From NCBI GenBank assembly GCA_903861835.1, contig CAIOVX010000035.1, positions 2,220 to 66,219 on the forward strand: a stretch of 64,000 nt of DNA. The letters are read 5' to 3'. The DNA is from Candidatus Firestoneibacteriota bacterium. Lineage in GTDB: Bacteria > Oederibacteriota > D2-FULL-39-29 > CAIOVX01. Made by a program: the position numbers and the translations under genes. This document shows, piece after piece, positions 8,920 through 17,566 of this stretch (positions are counted from its first letter, which is position 1; every line of letters starts with the position of its first letter). The notes beneath the pieces are model-generated. The model made no database searches, had not been told where the DNA came from, and saw only the letters and a program-made list of their open reading frames with translations.

Positions 8920-9785
8920 TGCGCAAGGGCTTCGACAAGTTCATAGAGAAGGCCATTTTTGCCTGCGGCCTGCTGGCAATAGTCTTTGTAGCGCTTATAT
9001 TTATATTCCTCTTAATTGAGGGCGGGAGTTTCTTTAAAGAATTTAGCTTCCTTAGTTTCCTTAGCGGCAAGTACTGGTATCCTACATCCACTCCCGCGCA
9101 GTTCGGCATACTTGCGCTTATTGCAGGTTCATTTGTTGTCACGCTCGGCGCTACAGTTGTTGCCGTGCCGCTTGGCGTCATGGCAGCACTCTATATTGCA
9201 GAAGTAGCGCCTGCAGGGATAAAGGATATATTAAAATCCGGTGTTGAATTGCTTGCCGCAATACCCAGTGTTGTTATCGGTTTTATAGGTATGGTTACCA
9301 TAGTCCCGTTAATCAGGACAACTTTCAACCTGTCAACAGGACTCTCGGCGTTCTCCGGAGCGCTTATGCTTGCGTTTATGGCCATGCCGACCATCGTTTC
9401 TATATCAGAGGACGCCATAAGGGCCGTTCCGTGGGCGTACAAAGAAGGAGCTCTCGCCTTGGGCGCTACAAAATGGCAAACGATGTACAGAATTGTTATT
9501 CCTGCGGCACTGCCGGGAATCATTGCTGCTGTGATGCTGGGTATCGGACGGGTAATAGGCGAAACCATGGCGGTAATGATGATAACCGGAAATGCGGCAG
9601 CAATTCCCCAGTCACTCTTTGACCCCGTAAGAACGATGACCGCGACCATAGCGGCAGAGATGGGGGAGACCGTAAAAGAATCTTCCCACTATCACGCGCT
9701 CTTCGCGATAGGACTGGTTCTTTTCATTATAACTTTCACTATTAATTTTATTGCCGACACCTATTTGCGGAAGGTGAAGAAATGA
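8919..9785 (+). CDS. pstC: phosphate ABC transporter permease PstC (second copy)
   Basis: It has YWYPTSTPAQFGI and the EAA loop EGALALGATKWQTMYRIVIPAA, and is co-linear with PstC at 3558-4439. Confidence 0.9.
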   Translation: MRKGFDKFIEKAIFACGLLAIVFVALIFIFLLIEGGSFFKEFSFLSFLSGKYWYPTSTPAQFGILALIAGSFVVTLGATVVAVPLGVMAALYIAEVAPAGIKDILKSGVELLAAIPSVVIGFIGMVTIVPLIRTTFNLSTGLSAFSGALMLAFMAMPTIVSISEDAIRAVPWAYKEGALALGATKWQTMYRIVIPAALPGIIAAVMLGIGRVIGETMAVMMITGNAAAIPQSLFDPVRTMTATIAAEMGETVKESSHYHALFAIGLVLFIITFTINFIADTYLRKVKK

Positions 9786-10636
9786 TAAGGCTCGACCCCA
9801 AAAGATCACAAAATATTGCCTTCGCGATCCTCTTGATAGTAACAATTCTAATAATTGTTCCGGTGTTGCTGATAATAGGCGTAATTGTAAAGGAAGGTTA
9901 TTCGGCTATTACCTGGGAATTCCTCACCGGTATGCCTAAAGACGGTATGCGCGGCGGAGGAATACTGCCGGCTATAGTCGGTACGCTGTCTATAGTTACC
10001 TGCGCTATTTGCATCACGCTGCCAATCGGAGTGCTCGCGGCCATCTACCTTAATGAGTACGCGAAAGATAATCTTCTGACCAGAATAATCAAGCTTTCAA
10101 TAGTTAACCTTGCCGGCGTGCCTTCCGTTGTATACGGCCTGTTTGGGCTCGGGCTTTTCGTAATGCTGCTTAAATTTGGCGTATCAATAATTGCCGGAGC
10201 GCTGACTCTATCGATAATGGAGTTGCCGGTTATTATTACAACTTCGCGCCAGGCTTTAAACAGCGTTCCATATTCATTCAGAGAGGCCAGCCTTTCTCTC
10301 GGCGTCTCAAGATGGCAGACTATCGCGCATGTGGTGCTGCCTAACGCGCTTCCGGGCATAATGACCGGAGCTATTCTCAGCATTGCGAGAATATCCGGAG
10401 AGACAGCCCCTATACTCTTTACGGCCGCCGCCTTTTACGTCCCGAGACTGCCTCACTCTGTTTTCGATCAGGTTATGGCTTTGCCTTACCACCTGTACAT
10501 TATTTCAACACAGATTCCGAATATGCCCAAGAATATCACTTATGGCACGGCTTTAGTGCTTCTCGTTATGGTTCTTACAATGAGCCTGACGGCCATAGTT
10601 ACCAGATACTATTTCCGCAAGAGGAAAAAATGGTAG
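9782..10636 (+). CDS. pstA: phosphate ABC transporter permease PstA (second copy)
   Basis: It shows an ATGA overlap with pstC. Motifs are GGGILPAIVGT, EASLSLGVSRWQTIAHVVLP and [11 protein letters not shown]. Confidence 0.9.
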   Translation: MIRLDPKRSQNIAFAILLIVTILIIVPVLLIIGVIVKEGYSAITWEFLTGMPKDGMRGGGILPAIVGTLSIVTCAICITLPIGVLAAIYLNEYAKDNLLTRIIKLSIVNLAGVPSVVYGLFGLGLFVMLLKFGVSIIAGALTLSIMELPVIITTSRQALNSVPYSFREASLSLGVSRWQTIAHVVLPNALPGIMTGAILSIARISGETAPILFTAAAFYVPRLPHSVFDQVMALPYHLYIISTQIPNMPKNITYGTALVLLVMVLTMSLTAIVTRYYFRKRKKW

Positions 10637-11379
10637 AAAAAATACTAGTACAGGGACTGAATTGCTGGTTTGGTGAATCGCACAGCGTAAAGTCGCTTAC
10701 TCTTGAGGTAAAAGAAAATGAGATTCTGGGAATCATTGGGCCGGCCAATAGCGGGAAGACTACTTTCCTGCGTACGATTAACAGACTTAACGACTTAAAT
10801 GAGCGATTCAGAATGAAAGGCTCGATTAAGATAGATTCCGAAGATATCTCTACTTTGGATCCAGAGGTTCTGAGAAAAAGATGCGGCATGGTCTTTGCCC
10901 TCCCGCTATCGCTGCCGATGTCGGTTTATGATAATGTAGCCTACGGCCCTAAAAGACACGGAAATAATGATAAAAAAGGCCTTGATGAGATAGTCGAAAA
11001 GGCCTTGAAAGCGGCATCCTTATGGCACGAGGTTAAAGACAGGCTTAACGCCTCAGCGCTTAAACTCTCCGGCGGACAACAGCAGCGGCTCTGTATGGCC
11101 AGGACCCTGGCAGTTGAACCGGAGATAATCCTTTTTGACGAACCCTGCTCCGGCCTTGACCCTATTTCCACCGCCAAGGTGGAAGAAACTATGTTGGAGC
11201 TTAAGAAGAAATATACTATCGTCCTTGTGACTAACAATGTTAAGCAGGCCTCGAGGGTCAGCGACAGAACTGCGTTCTTCCTTATGGGCGAGCTCATTGA
11301 AATTGATGTCACGCAGAACATCTTTGTTTCTCCAAAAGATAAGCGGACGGAAGATTATGTCACCGGACGGTTCGGATGA
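10630..11379 (+). CDS. PstB-like ATP-binding subunit with a degenerate nucleotide-binding core but an intact signature motif
   Basis: Walker A is GPANSGKT. The Q-loop Gln is replaced (GMVFA) and the H-loop His is replaced (VTNNVKQA). The signature LSGGQQQRL and Walker B ILFDEP are intact. Confidence 0.85.
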   Translation: MVEKILVQGLNCWFGESHSVKSLTLEVKENEILGIIGPANSGKTTFLRTINRLNDLNERFRMKGSIKIDSEDISTLDPEVLRKRCGMVFALPLSLPMSVYDNVAYGPKRHGNNDKKGLDEIVEKALKAASLWHEVKDRLNASALKLSGGQQQRLCMARTLAVEPEIILFDEPCSGLDPISTAKVEETMLELKKKYTIVLVTNNVKQASRVSDRTAFFLMGELIEIDVTQNIFVSPKDKRTEDYVTGRFG

Positions 11380-11391
11380 GGAAATACTAAA

Positions 11392-12156
11392 ATGAACACA
11401 CAAATACCGGTAATAAAGACTGTGGATCTTAACCTTTTCTATGGAGATTTTCACGCGCTGAAAAATGTTAATATAGAGGTAGCAGGCAACAGAATAACCT
11501 CTATTATCGGCCCCTCAGGCTGCGGCAAATCAACTTTGCTTCGCGTTTTCAACAGGATAAATGACACCATAGAAGGCGTGAGCGTGAAAGGAAAGGCCTA
11601 CTTTGAAAATACCGATATTTATCATCATTCCTGCGATATCGACCTGCTGCGCAGGAAGGTGGGAATGGTTTTCCAAAGACCAAATCCATTTCCGCTTTCC
11701 GTCTATGAAAATGTAGCTTTTGGACTCCGGGTTCACAACCAAGCCGGAGGAGGAACACTTGACGCCATTGTCGAAGAGAGTTTGCGGTCTGTGCTGCTCT
11801 GGAACGAATTAAAAGACAGATTGAATGAGTCCGCCCTCGATCTTTCTCTTGAACAGAAACAGAGACTCTGTGTGGCGAGGTTGGTGGCTGTCAGGCCGGA
11901 TGTAATTTTGCTGGACGAGCCCTGCTCCACGCTGGACCCTATGGCAACCATGAAGATTGAAGAATTAATGGTTGAACTCAAGAAAAAATACACTATAATA
12001 ATAGTCACTCATAATATGCAGCAGGCAGCGCGGGTTTCCGACGACACAGGCTTTATGCTGCTTGGTGAGCTTATTGAATTCGGAAAAACTTCGGCTATCT
12101 TCACTTCTCCGGAAAAGAAGGAGACCGAAGACTACATCACAGGCCGTTTCGGCTGA
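11392..12156 (+). CDS. pstB: PstB ATP-binding subunit with a canonical core but a degenerate ABC signature
   Basis: Canonical motifs are Walker [11 protein letters not shown]-loop GMVFQRPNPFP, Walker B ILLDEP and H-loop VTHNMQQA. The signature reads LSLEQKQRL instead of LSGGQQQRL. Confidence 0.85.
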   Translation: MNTQIPVIKTVDLNLFYGDFHALKNVNIEVAGNRITSIIGPSGCGKSTLLRVFNRINDTIEGVSVKGKAYFENTDIYHHSCDIDLLRRKVGMVFQRPNPFPLSVYENVAFGLRVHNQAGGGTLDAIVEESLRSVLLWNELKDRLNESALDLSLEQKQRLCVARLVAVRPDVILLDEPCSTLDPMATMKIEELMVELKKKYTIIIVTHNMQQAARVSDDTGFMLLGELIEFGKTSAIFTSPEKKETEDYITGRFG

Positions 12157-12168
12157 GGCGGAGGGTAA

Positions 12169-12837
12169 ATGACAAGGCATTTTGAAGAAGAATTGAATGA
12201 ATTAAAAGAAAGGCTGCTGTATATGGGCAGTTTGGTTGAGGCAATGATTCAGTATTCCATAAAAATACTGGTCGAGAGAAAGGAAGATCTCGCTAAGGAT
12301 ATCAGGAAACACGAAGAGGACGTGAACCATATCCAGGTTGAGATTGACGAGATATGTTTAAAACTACTGGCCCTTTACCAGCCGACTGCTGGAGATTTAA
12401 GGTTTATCACTTCCGCGATGAAGATTAACTCTGACCTGGAGCGAATGGGCGATCAGGCTGTGAACATTGCTGAAAACTCCTTGGATCTTCTCAAAGCGCC
12501 GCCGCTCAAACCGCTTATCGATCTTCCCAGAATGGCTGAGATAGTAAAGAATATGGTAAAGAATTGTCTGGATGCATTTGTCAGCAAAGATCCTGAGCTT
12601 GCAGGAAAAGTGCTGCAGACGGATGATCAAGTGGATAAGTTCAAGGACGATATTTTTAAAGAACTGCTGGTATATATGAGCCAGGATCCCAACAATATCT
12701 CGCGGGCAATGGACCTTGTCCTGGTATCCAGAAACCTGGAACGAATCGGGGATCACGCGACAAATATTGCAGAGGATGTTATTTTTATGGTATCAGGAAA
12801 AGACATCAGGCATCATCTGCTCGAGAATAAAGAGTAA
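12169..12837 (+). CDS. phoU: phosphate signalling complex protein PhoU (second intact copy)
   Basis: Motifs are DLERMGDQAVNIAE and NLERIGDHATNIAEDVIFMV. It has the two-repeat PhoU architecture. Confidence 0.9.
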   Translation: MTRHFEEELNELKERLLYMGSLVEAMIQYSIKILVERKEDLAKDIRKHEEDVNHIQVEIDEICLKLLALYQPTAGDLRFITSAMKINSDLERMGDQAVNIAENSLDLLKAPPLKPLIDLPRMAEIVKNMVKNCLDAFVSKDPELAGKVLQTDDQVDKFKDDIFKELLVYMSQDPNNISRAMDLVLVSRNLERIGDHATNIAEDVIFMVSGKDIRHHLLENKE

Positions 12838-12851
12838 AAAGATGATTAATT

Positions 12852-12880
12852 AAAAGGGGGCGCGTCGCGCCCCCTTTTTT
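12852..12880. terminator. bidirectional rho-independent terminator between convergent genes
   Basis: The sequence is AAAAGGGGGCGCG-TC-GCGCCCCCTTTTTT, a GC stem flanked by an A-tract and a T-tract. It lies between the phoU stop (12837) and the stop of the minus-strand gene (12895). Confidence 0.8.
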
Positions 12881-12894
12881 ATTCCATTCGCAGG

Positions 12895-14751
12895 CTACTG
12901 CGCAGTATATTCGAGTAAATAGCCGTCGTCTGTAGAAAGGTAAAGTCTTGAAGTTCCGTCGTTTCTTCCTGCAAAAATCTGCATATCATTAACCCAGCCG
13001 GTCGTTCCGCCTATGCGTACGATTGAATATTCCGATGTTCCGCTGAGCCAGGAAAGCTGAAAGATATCCCGGTTGGTCGTTGCGGCATAAATATTCACAT
13101 AGCCGTCCGGTGTGACATTACCGGCAACTATTGCCGTTATGGCGTTGGTAAGACTTCCGCTATCGGTGTTCGTCCAGGCCGTCGGAGAAGTTGAAGTTAA
13201 TTCATAAACGTGGCCGTCTCCGCCGCCGTAGTAAAGTCTTTTCACACCGTCATTTCTGCAGGTTCCGGTAGTAAGCGTTTTCAGCGTTGTGCTGGGCGAA
13301 ATAGATATAGAATTAGTTGCTATCGTAGTTTCGGTAAAATTTGTCACAGTGGCAGAGGAGGTCCAGGTGTACTCATAAACCTTGCCATTATCGGCGGCTG
13401 CGTAGATTCGCTTCTTGGTATCCGAAGTTTTCAAACTGTCACAAAGAACGCTGTAGTTCTTATTGGTCATACCCGTTGAGTTGATGGACACTTCGCCGTA
13501 AACGCCTGTAGTATAGTAGGACTGATAAACCTTAGTTAAATCATCAACGGAAAACACTTTATTTATTATTGTCGGACCGGCGGCATCAGTGGCATCCGGA
13601 CTCGCCACAATAACATCGTGATTTAGATTGCCTGAACGAGTTGTAGAAACTGCCGGCGTAGTCCATATAAAAGTGTGTCCGGCAAGATTGTAGTTTATTT
13701 CCCCTACGGCGCTTGTGCCTATGTTTGACGTTAAGCTGGTTCCTAAGGCATAAACCAACCTGGGGGTTCCGTCATTCTTGGTGTTACCGATGGCAATCGC
13801 TCTCACTATAGAGTTCCAAGTAGTTATTCTCGTGGAGTTAATGGAAACAGGGGTAGCATCTGTCATTGCCCAGCCGGCGCCGTAGGCGTAGGTGAACTCT
13901 TTTACGGAATAGACAGGGGAATTCAACCCGCAATAGATTCTGTTGGTCGCATCGTTCCTGCCGTTTCCGAATGCCATCTTGTAAAGAGCCACGGGATTGG
14001 TGAAACTGGAGGTGTTGCATACGGTTGCAACATTCCAGGTGTAAAGTGAGGTTGTTACGGTGGTTGTATTTGAGTAGACCGAGTTTCCCAAAACATTGAA
14101 AGCCCTTGTACGGAAGGTGTAAGGCGAATTCTGCAAAAGTCCGGTCCAGGTGTAGGCCGCTGACTTTCTTGCAACTGTTACCGTAGAACTAAAAGTACCG
14201 CTCCCGACCGCCAGCTCAATATAGAACCCGGCTTCATTGACGGAATTAACAGTCCAATAAAGCGAGACGGAACTGGCGCCTGCAGACGCTCCGGTAAGGT
14301 TTGTCGGAGCCGTCGGCGGCGCTGTCATGTTTGTGTCTTCGTTTGAGACTTTTGTAAGGCCGGCAGGAGTTATCGCGCGCAGCCTATAAATATATGTATT
14401 ATTCGCAGTAACTAAATTATCGGCGTAGGAGGTTGCCGAAGGCGCGGCGGTGGCAATAGTCGTGTAACTGCCGCCCCAAAGTTGCCGCTGTATTATAATA
14501 TTTGTTTGACCCGGTGTATTATTCTGCCAGGATAGATCTATCTCGGTCCAGCCGATAAGAGCAGCGGATAGATTGCCCGGAGGAGGGGCATCAATCGGTA
14601 TCAGGCCCTTTGACTGACCGTCTTTGATTGTGTTACTTACGGCTCCGCCGGAACCGAAACCAACAAAGAACGAATGCGCTTTTTCACCGGTTGATATCAA
14701 CAGGGTAATAAGAAAGAGAAGAAATAAAGAAACAAATAGCGCTTTTTTCAT
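12895..14751 (-). CDS. secreted protein with two fibronectin type III domains followed by about seven beta-propeller-like repeats
   Basis: It has a signal peptide and two FN3-like modules (LSWQNN...YIYRLRA; LYWTV...YTFRTRAFN). Repeated blades have the pattern G..RNDG..R(L/I)Y....DG.(V/L)(Y/F)E(Y/L), for example GTCRNDGVKRLYYGGGDGHVYEL and AGRNDGTSRLYLSTDDGYLLEY. Confidence 0.6.
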   Translation of the reverse strand: MKKALFVSLFLLFLITLLISTGEKAHSFFVGFGSGGAVSNTIKDGQSKGLIPIDAPPPGNLSAALIGWTEIDLSWQNNTPGQTNIIIQRQLWGGSYTTIATAAPSATSYADNLVTANNTYIYRLRAITPAGLTKVSNEDTNMTAPPTAPTNLTGASAGASSVSLYWTVNSVNEAGFYIELAVGSGTFSSTVTVARKSAAYTWTGLLQNSPYTFRTRAFNVLGNSVYSNTTTVTTSLYTWNVATVCNTSSFTNPVALYKMAFGNGRNDATNRIYCGLNSPVYSVKEFTYAYGAGWAMTDATPVSINSTRITTWNSIVRAIAIGNTKNDGTPRLVYALGTSLTSNIGTSAVGEINYNLAGHTFIWTTPAVSTTRSGNLNHDVIVASPDATDAAGPTIINKVFSVDDLTKVYQSYYTTGVYGEVSINSTGMTNKNYSVLCDSLKTSDTKKRIYAAADNGKVYEYTWTSSATVTNFTETTIATNSISISPSTTLKTLTTGTCRNDGVKRLYYGGGDGHVYELTSTSPTAWTNTDSGSLTNAITAIVAGNVTPDGYVNIYAATTNRDIFQLSWLSGTSEYSIVRIGGTTGWVNDMQIFAGRNDGTSRLYLSTDDGYLLEYTAQ

Positions 14752-14766
14752 TCAGCCACCCGCCTT

Positions 14767-15258
14767 TTAGAAGTAATAAGTTACGCCCAGATTAATTACT
14801 ATGCCGAAATCGCTGATACTGCCGAGATCACTTGAAATGGAAATAAAATAAGGTCCCGCATCAAGGCCGACACCAATGTTCTTTGCGACAAATATTTCAC
14901 CTCCGAAGAAAACCCCGCATTCAAAACCGGAAGTCAAAACATTGGAAAATGGGATTCCTATCTCTATACCTGTATAGGGCTGAAGAGGCGGTTGCCCGCT
15001 AAGCTTCGGCAGGACATAGTAGCCCCTGACAGCGAGCAAAAGGTTGTCCCCGCTGTACTGACCCCGTATTTCAGCCAGGAAATTGCTGCCGACATCCATC
15101 CTGACCTGCGCTCCGGTCCAATTGAAACCCACGCCGATTTTACCTTTGAAAAGATTGGAGTTTAGGGCTTCTTCTTGTTCCAACAGCATAACCTCAGCGG
15201 AAAGGAACAGCGTGAAAGAGAGCAGGAAAACCAGGGAAAGGAATACCTTCTTTGCCAT
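14767..15258 (-). CDS. small outer-membrane beta-barrel protein
   Basis: It has a signal peptide, alternating hydrophobic beta-strand pattern with Gly/aromatic-rich segments, and a C-terminal ...GVTYYF (terminal Phe typical of OMPs). It lies 15 nt upstream of the FN3/propeller gene, so the two probably form an operon. Confidence 0.55.
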   Translation of the reverse strand: MAKKVFLSLVFLLSFTLFLSAEVMLLEQEEALNSNLFKGKIGVGFNWTGAQVRMDVGSNFLAEIRGQYSGDNLLLAVRGYYVLPKLSGQPPLQPYTGIEIGIPFSNVLTSGFECGVFFGGEIFVAKNIGVGLDAGPYFISISSDLGSISDFGIVINLGVTYYF

Positions 15259-15441
15259 TTAATTCTCCCTATAAGGATTTTAGTTAAACAATTATATTCC
15301 TTTCTCTATCCATATGTCAATCGCGGTTTGTCCTCTTTCGTAGTTTAACCCGACTTATCACCAGAAACTCCTACAAGTTAAACTGGCTAATTCGCACAAC
15401 AACGGGTATGATTAACTAAAGAAACTGACCCGGAGGGCGAT

Positions 15442-16926
15442 ATGCATACATCTGTAATGGAACCGGTAAGATACCTGTCATCCGAAGAGATGCAGCGTAT
15501 TCACGAGAACGCCTGCAAGATACTGGAAGAAATTGGCATGAAGATTGATCATCTAAAGTCGCTCGATTACCTGCGCAACGCGGGTTGCAGCGTCGACTTT
15601 GAAAAAAGAACCGTGAAATTCCCAAGACAAATAATAGAAAACGCAGTCGCTAAGATGAAGACCAATTATTCTTGCTCAAAAAGACTTCCCAAGAGAATGT
15701 CTGTCCGCTATTCCCAGGTAGGCTTCGATAAAAAGCCTTTCAAGATTCAAGGTGATTTCTCCGTCTCATCCGGAGGGTTTTGCTGTTTTGTGTTGGGTCT
15801 CGACGGCAAAAGAAGGGCGGCCTCTATTTCCGATGTCAGAGATTCCCTGAAACTTGCCGACAAACTTGATCAGATTACCTACACCGGTCTGCCGGTTGCT
15901 GCGCAAGAAGTGCCGGTGGGAGTCAGAACTGTCGTTATGGCTGCGGAACTCGCAAAGGCCACAAAGAAGTTCGGTGGCATTGAAACCTTTAAGGCTCGCG
16001 ATGTAGAGTACATCTCAAGAATAGGCGAAGTTGTGCAAGGCGGCAAGAAAGGGCTTCAAGAAAGCCCTATCCTCGTCGGTTATGCGGAAGTAAGATCTCC
16101 GCTCTGCCTTGATGAAGTTATGGCGGATGTGCTGATAGCGCATCTGGAAAGAGGCTTGCCGCAGACCATTGAGTCTATGCCTAACGCCGGAGCCACAACG
16201 CCGATGTCTGCCGCCGGAACACTTTCCATGGGAGCTGCCGAAACACTCGGCGGGCTGGTACTCGGTTTTGCCGTAAATCCGGACGCAACAATAGGCGTGG
16301 ATATCAATCCCGGGTACTGCGATATGCGCTCTATGCTCTTCGGTTACGCAGGCGCTGAGAGAGTGCCTTTGCTTTCGGCAAGGATACAACTTATCAGCGA
16401 GTTCTACGGCTGCCCCTCAGGCGTCCACGGCGGCAAGACAAACGCCTGTGTTGCAGGTATTCAGGCAGGGGTTGAGAAGGGTATCTCAATGCTGGCGCCT
16501 GTACTTGCAGGCGCTATAGGGTTTGGAACGGTAGGCCATCTGGAGAACGCCATAACTTTTTCTCCGCTGCAGCTTGTCATTGACAACGAAATTGCCCGCT
16601 ATGTTCGGCGCGCCGTAAAGGGAGTTGAAGTTACTGAGGAAACGCTTGATTTCGAAACCGTAAAAAACTCAGGTATCGGCGGAAATACGGTAAGCAGCGA
16701 AAGCACCATGATGCGTTTTAAAGAAGAGGAACTGCTCTCGCCTTTCTTTGACGCTCTTTCGTGGGGCACGGGCGATTCACTGGAGAGCCGCAGGTTCGAA
16801 AAGCTCGCGGCAGCCAAGGCCGAGGAACTTCTCGCTGCGGAATCAGAATCTCCGCTAAACCGGGAACAAATAAAAGCAATCGACGAAATTGTTGAGGAAG
16901 CTAGAAAAGACCCTCTGATGAAATAG
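15442..16926 (+). CDS. MttB-superfamily (trimethylamine methyltransferase-like) protein, non-pyrrolysine type
   Basis: The N-terminus LSSEEMQRIHENACKILEEIGMKI and the overall length (494 aa) are typical of the MttB family. The frame is uninterrupted, with no in-frame TAG. A GGAGGG SD is present. Confidence 0.8.
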   Translation: MHTSVMEPVRYLSSEEMQRIHENACKILEEIGMKIDHLKSLDYLRNAGCSVDFEKRTVKFPRQIIENAVAKMKTNYSCSKRLPKRMSVRYSQVGFDKKPFKIQGDFSVSSGGFCCFVLGLDGKRRAASISDVRDSLKLADKLDQITYTGLPVAAQEVPVGVRTVVMAAELAKATKKFGGIETFKARDVEYISRIGEVVQGGKKGLQESPILVGYAEVRSPLCLDEVMADVLIAHLERGLPQTIESMPNAGATTPMSAAGTLSMGAAETLGGLVLGFAVNPDATIGVDINPGYCDMRSMLFGYAGAERVPLLSARIQLISEFYGCPSGVHGGKTNACVAGIQAGVEKGISMLAPVLAGAIGFGTVGHLENAITFSPLQLVIDNEIARYVRRAVKGVEVTEETLDFETVKNSGIGGNTVSSESTMMRFKEEELLSPFFDALSWGTGDSLESRRFEKLAAAKAEELLAAESESPLNREQIKAIDEIVEEARKDPLMK

Positions 16927-17101
16927 CTCTTATGACGAAACCTCACGCCGTTTAGTTTTTCTGCAATTTGCGCCTTTATATTTGTTTTTTATCCGATATA
17001 CCTTTCTATTTGTTTTTATCTCAATAAATTCTCCGCTTACTCCTTGAACAGCGTTCTTTATTGATATAAGATATAGTAAGTTTGCGCAGGGAGGGTTCAC
17101 A

Positions 17102-17566
17102 ATGCAGCATTCCAAGGATGAGGTATTAAAACGGCTGAAAGAAAGCCAGGTTGCAGTTATCGCGACCAATGACAACAAGGGCGGACAGATACGGCTTCGC
17201 CTTATGTATTACGGAATTTCAGAAAGGTTTGAGTGCTACTTGATGACTCTCAAAGACAGCCCTAAGCTTACACACCTCGCTGATGCCGGCAAAGTGAGCG
17301 TGCTGGTGCACAGCCTTGAAACTCCTTTTGATCTTTCCTGGGAATGCGAGCTTAATGGTTATGTGAGCGTTATTGATTCCGAGCAAGAACAGGGACGCGC
17401 GCTGCAAGAACTGAAGGGAAGAAATCCTTTTGCCGATGTTGCCCTCGAGGCGGGGCTGACTGCGGAACATTTCGTTTTTCTAAAACTTTCTCCTATGCTG
17501 CTGCGCTTCCGTGTTTACAGCGAGGCTTTAAACGATGAAGCTCCCACGGTAATTGAGTTCAAATGA
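17102..17566 (+). CDS. pyridoxamine 5'-phosphate oxidase-like (FMN-binding split-barrel) family protein
   Basis: The size (154 aa) and pattern (QVAVIATNDNKGGQIRLRLMYY...YLMTLKDSPK...GKVSVLV) resemble the PNPOx-like / general stress protein 26 fold. Its stop overlaps the start of the downstream kinase (ATGA). Confidence 0.45.
   Translation: MQHSKDEVLKRLKESQVAVIATNDNKGGQIRLRLMYYGISERFECYLMTLKDSPKLTHLADAGKVSVLVHSLETPFDLSWECELNGYVSVIDSEQEQGRALQELKGRNPFADVALEAGLTAEHFVFLKLSPMLLRFRVYSEALNDEAPTVIEFK

Noticed and set aside
15283-15416. Four GTTAAAC / GTTTAAC / GATTAAC motifs in the divergent OMP-mttB intergenic region, which resemble the Pho-box hexamer.
   Set aside because: Their spacings (60, 34 and 33 bp) are not the 11-bp phased array seen at the pst promoters. 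The orientation is mixed, and the sequence context is generic AT-rich DNA.
15442-16926. Possible pyrrolysine (in-frame TAG) in the MttB-family gene.
   Set aside because: The 494-codon frame is uninterrupted, with no internal TAG, and no pylTSBCD genes are in the window. It is a non-Pyl family member.
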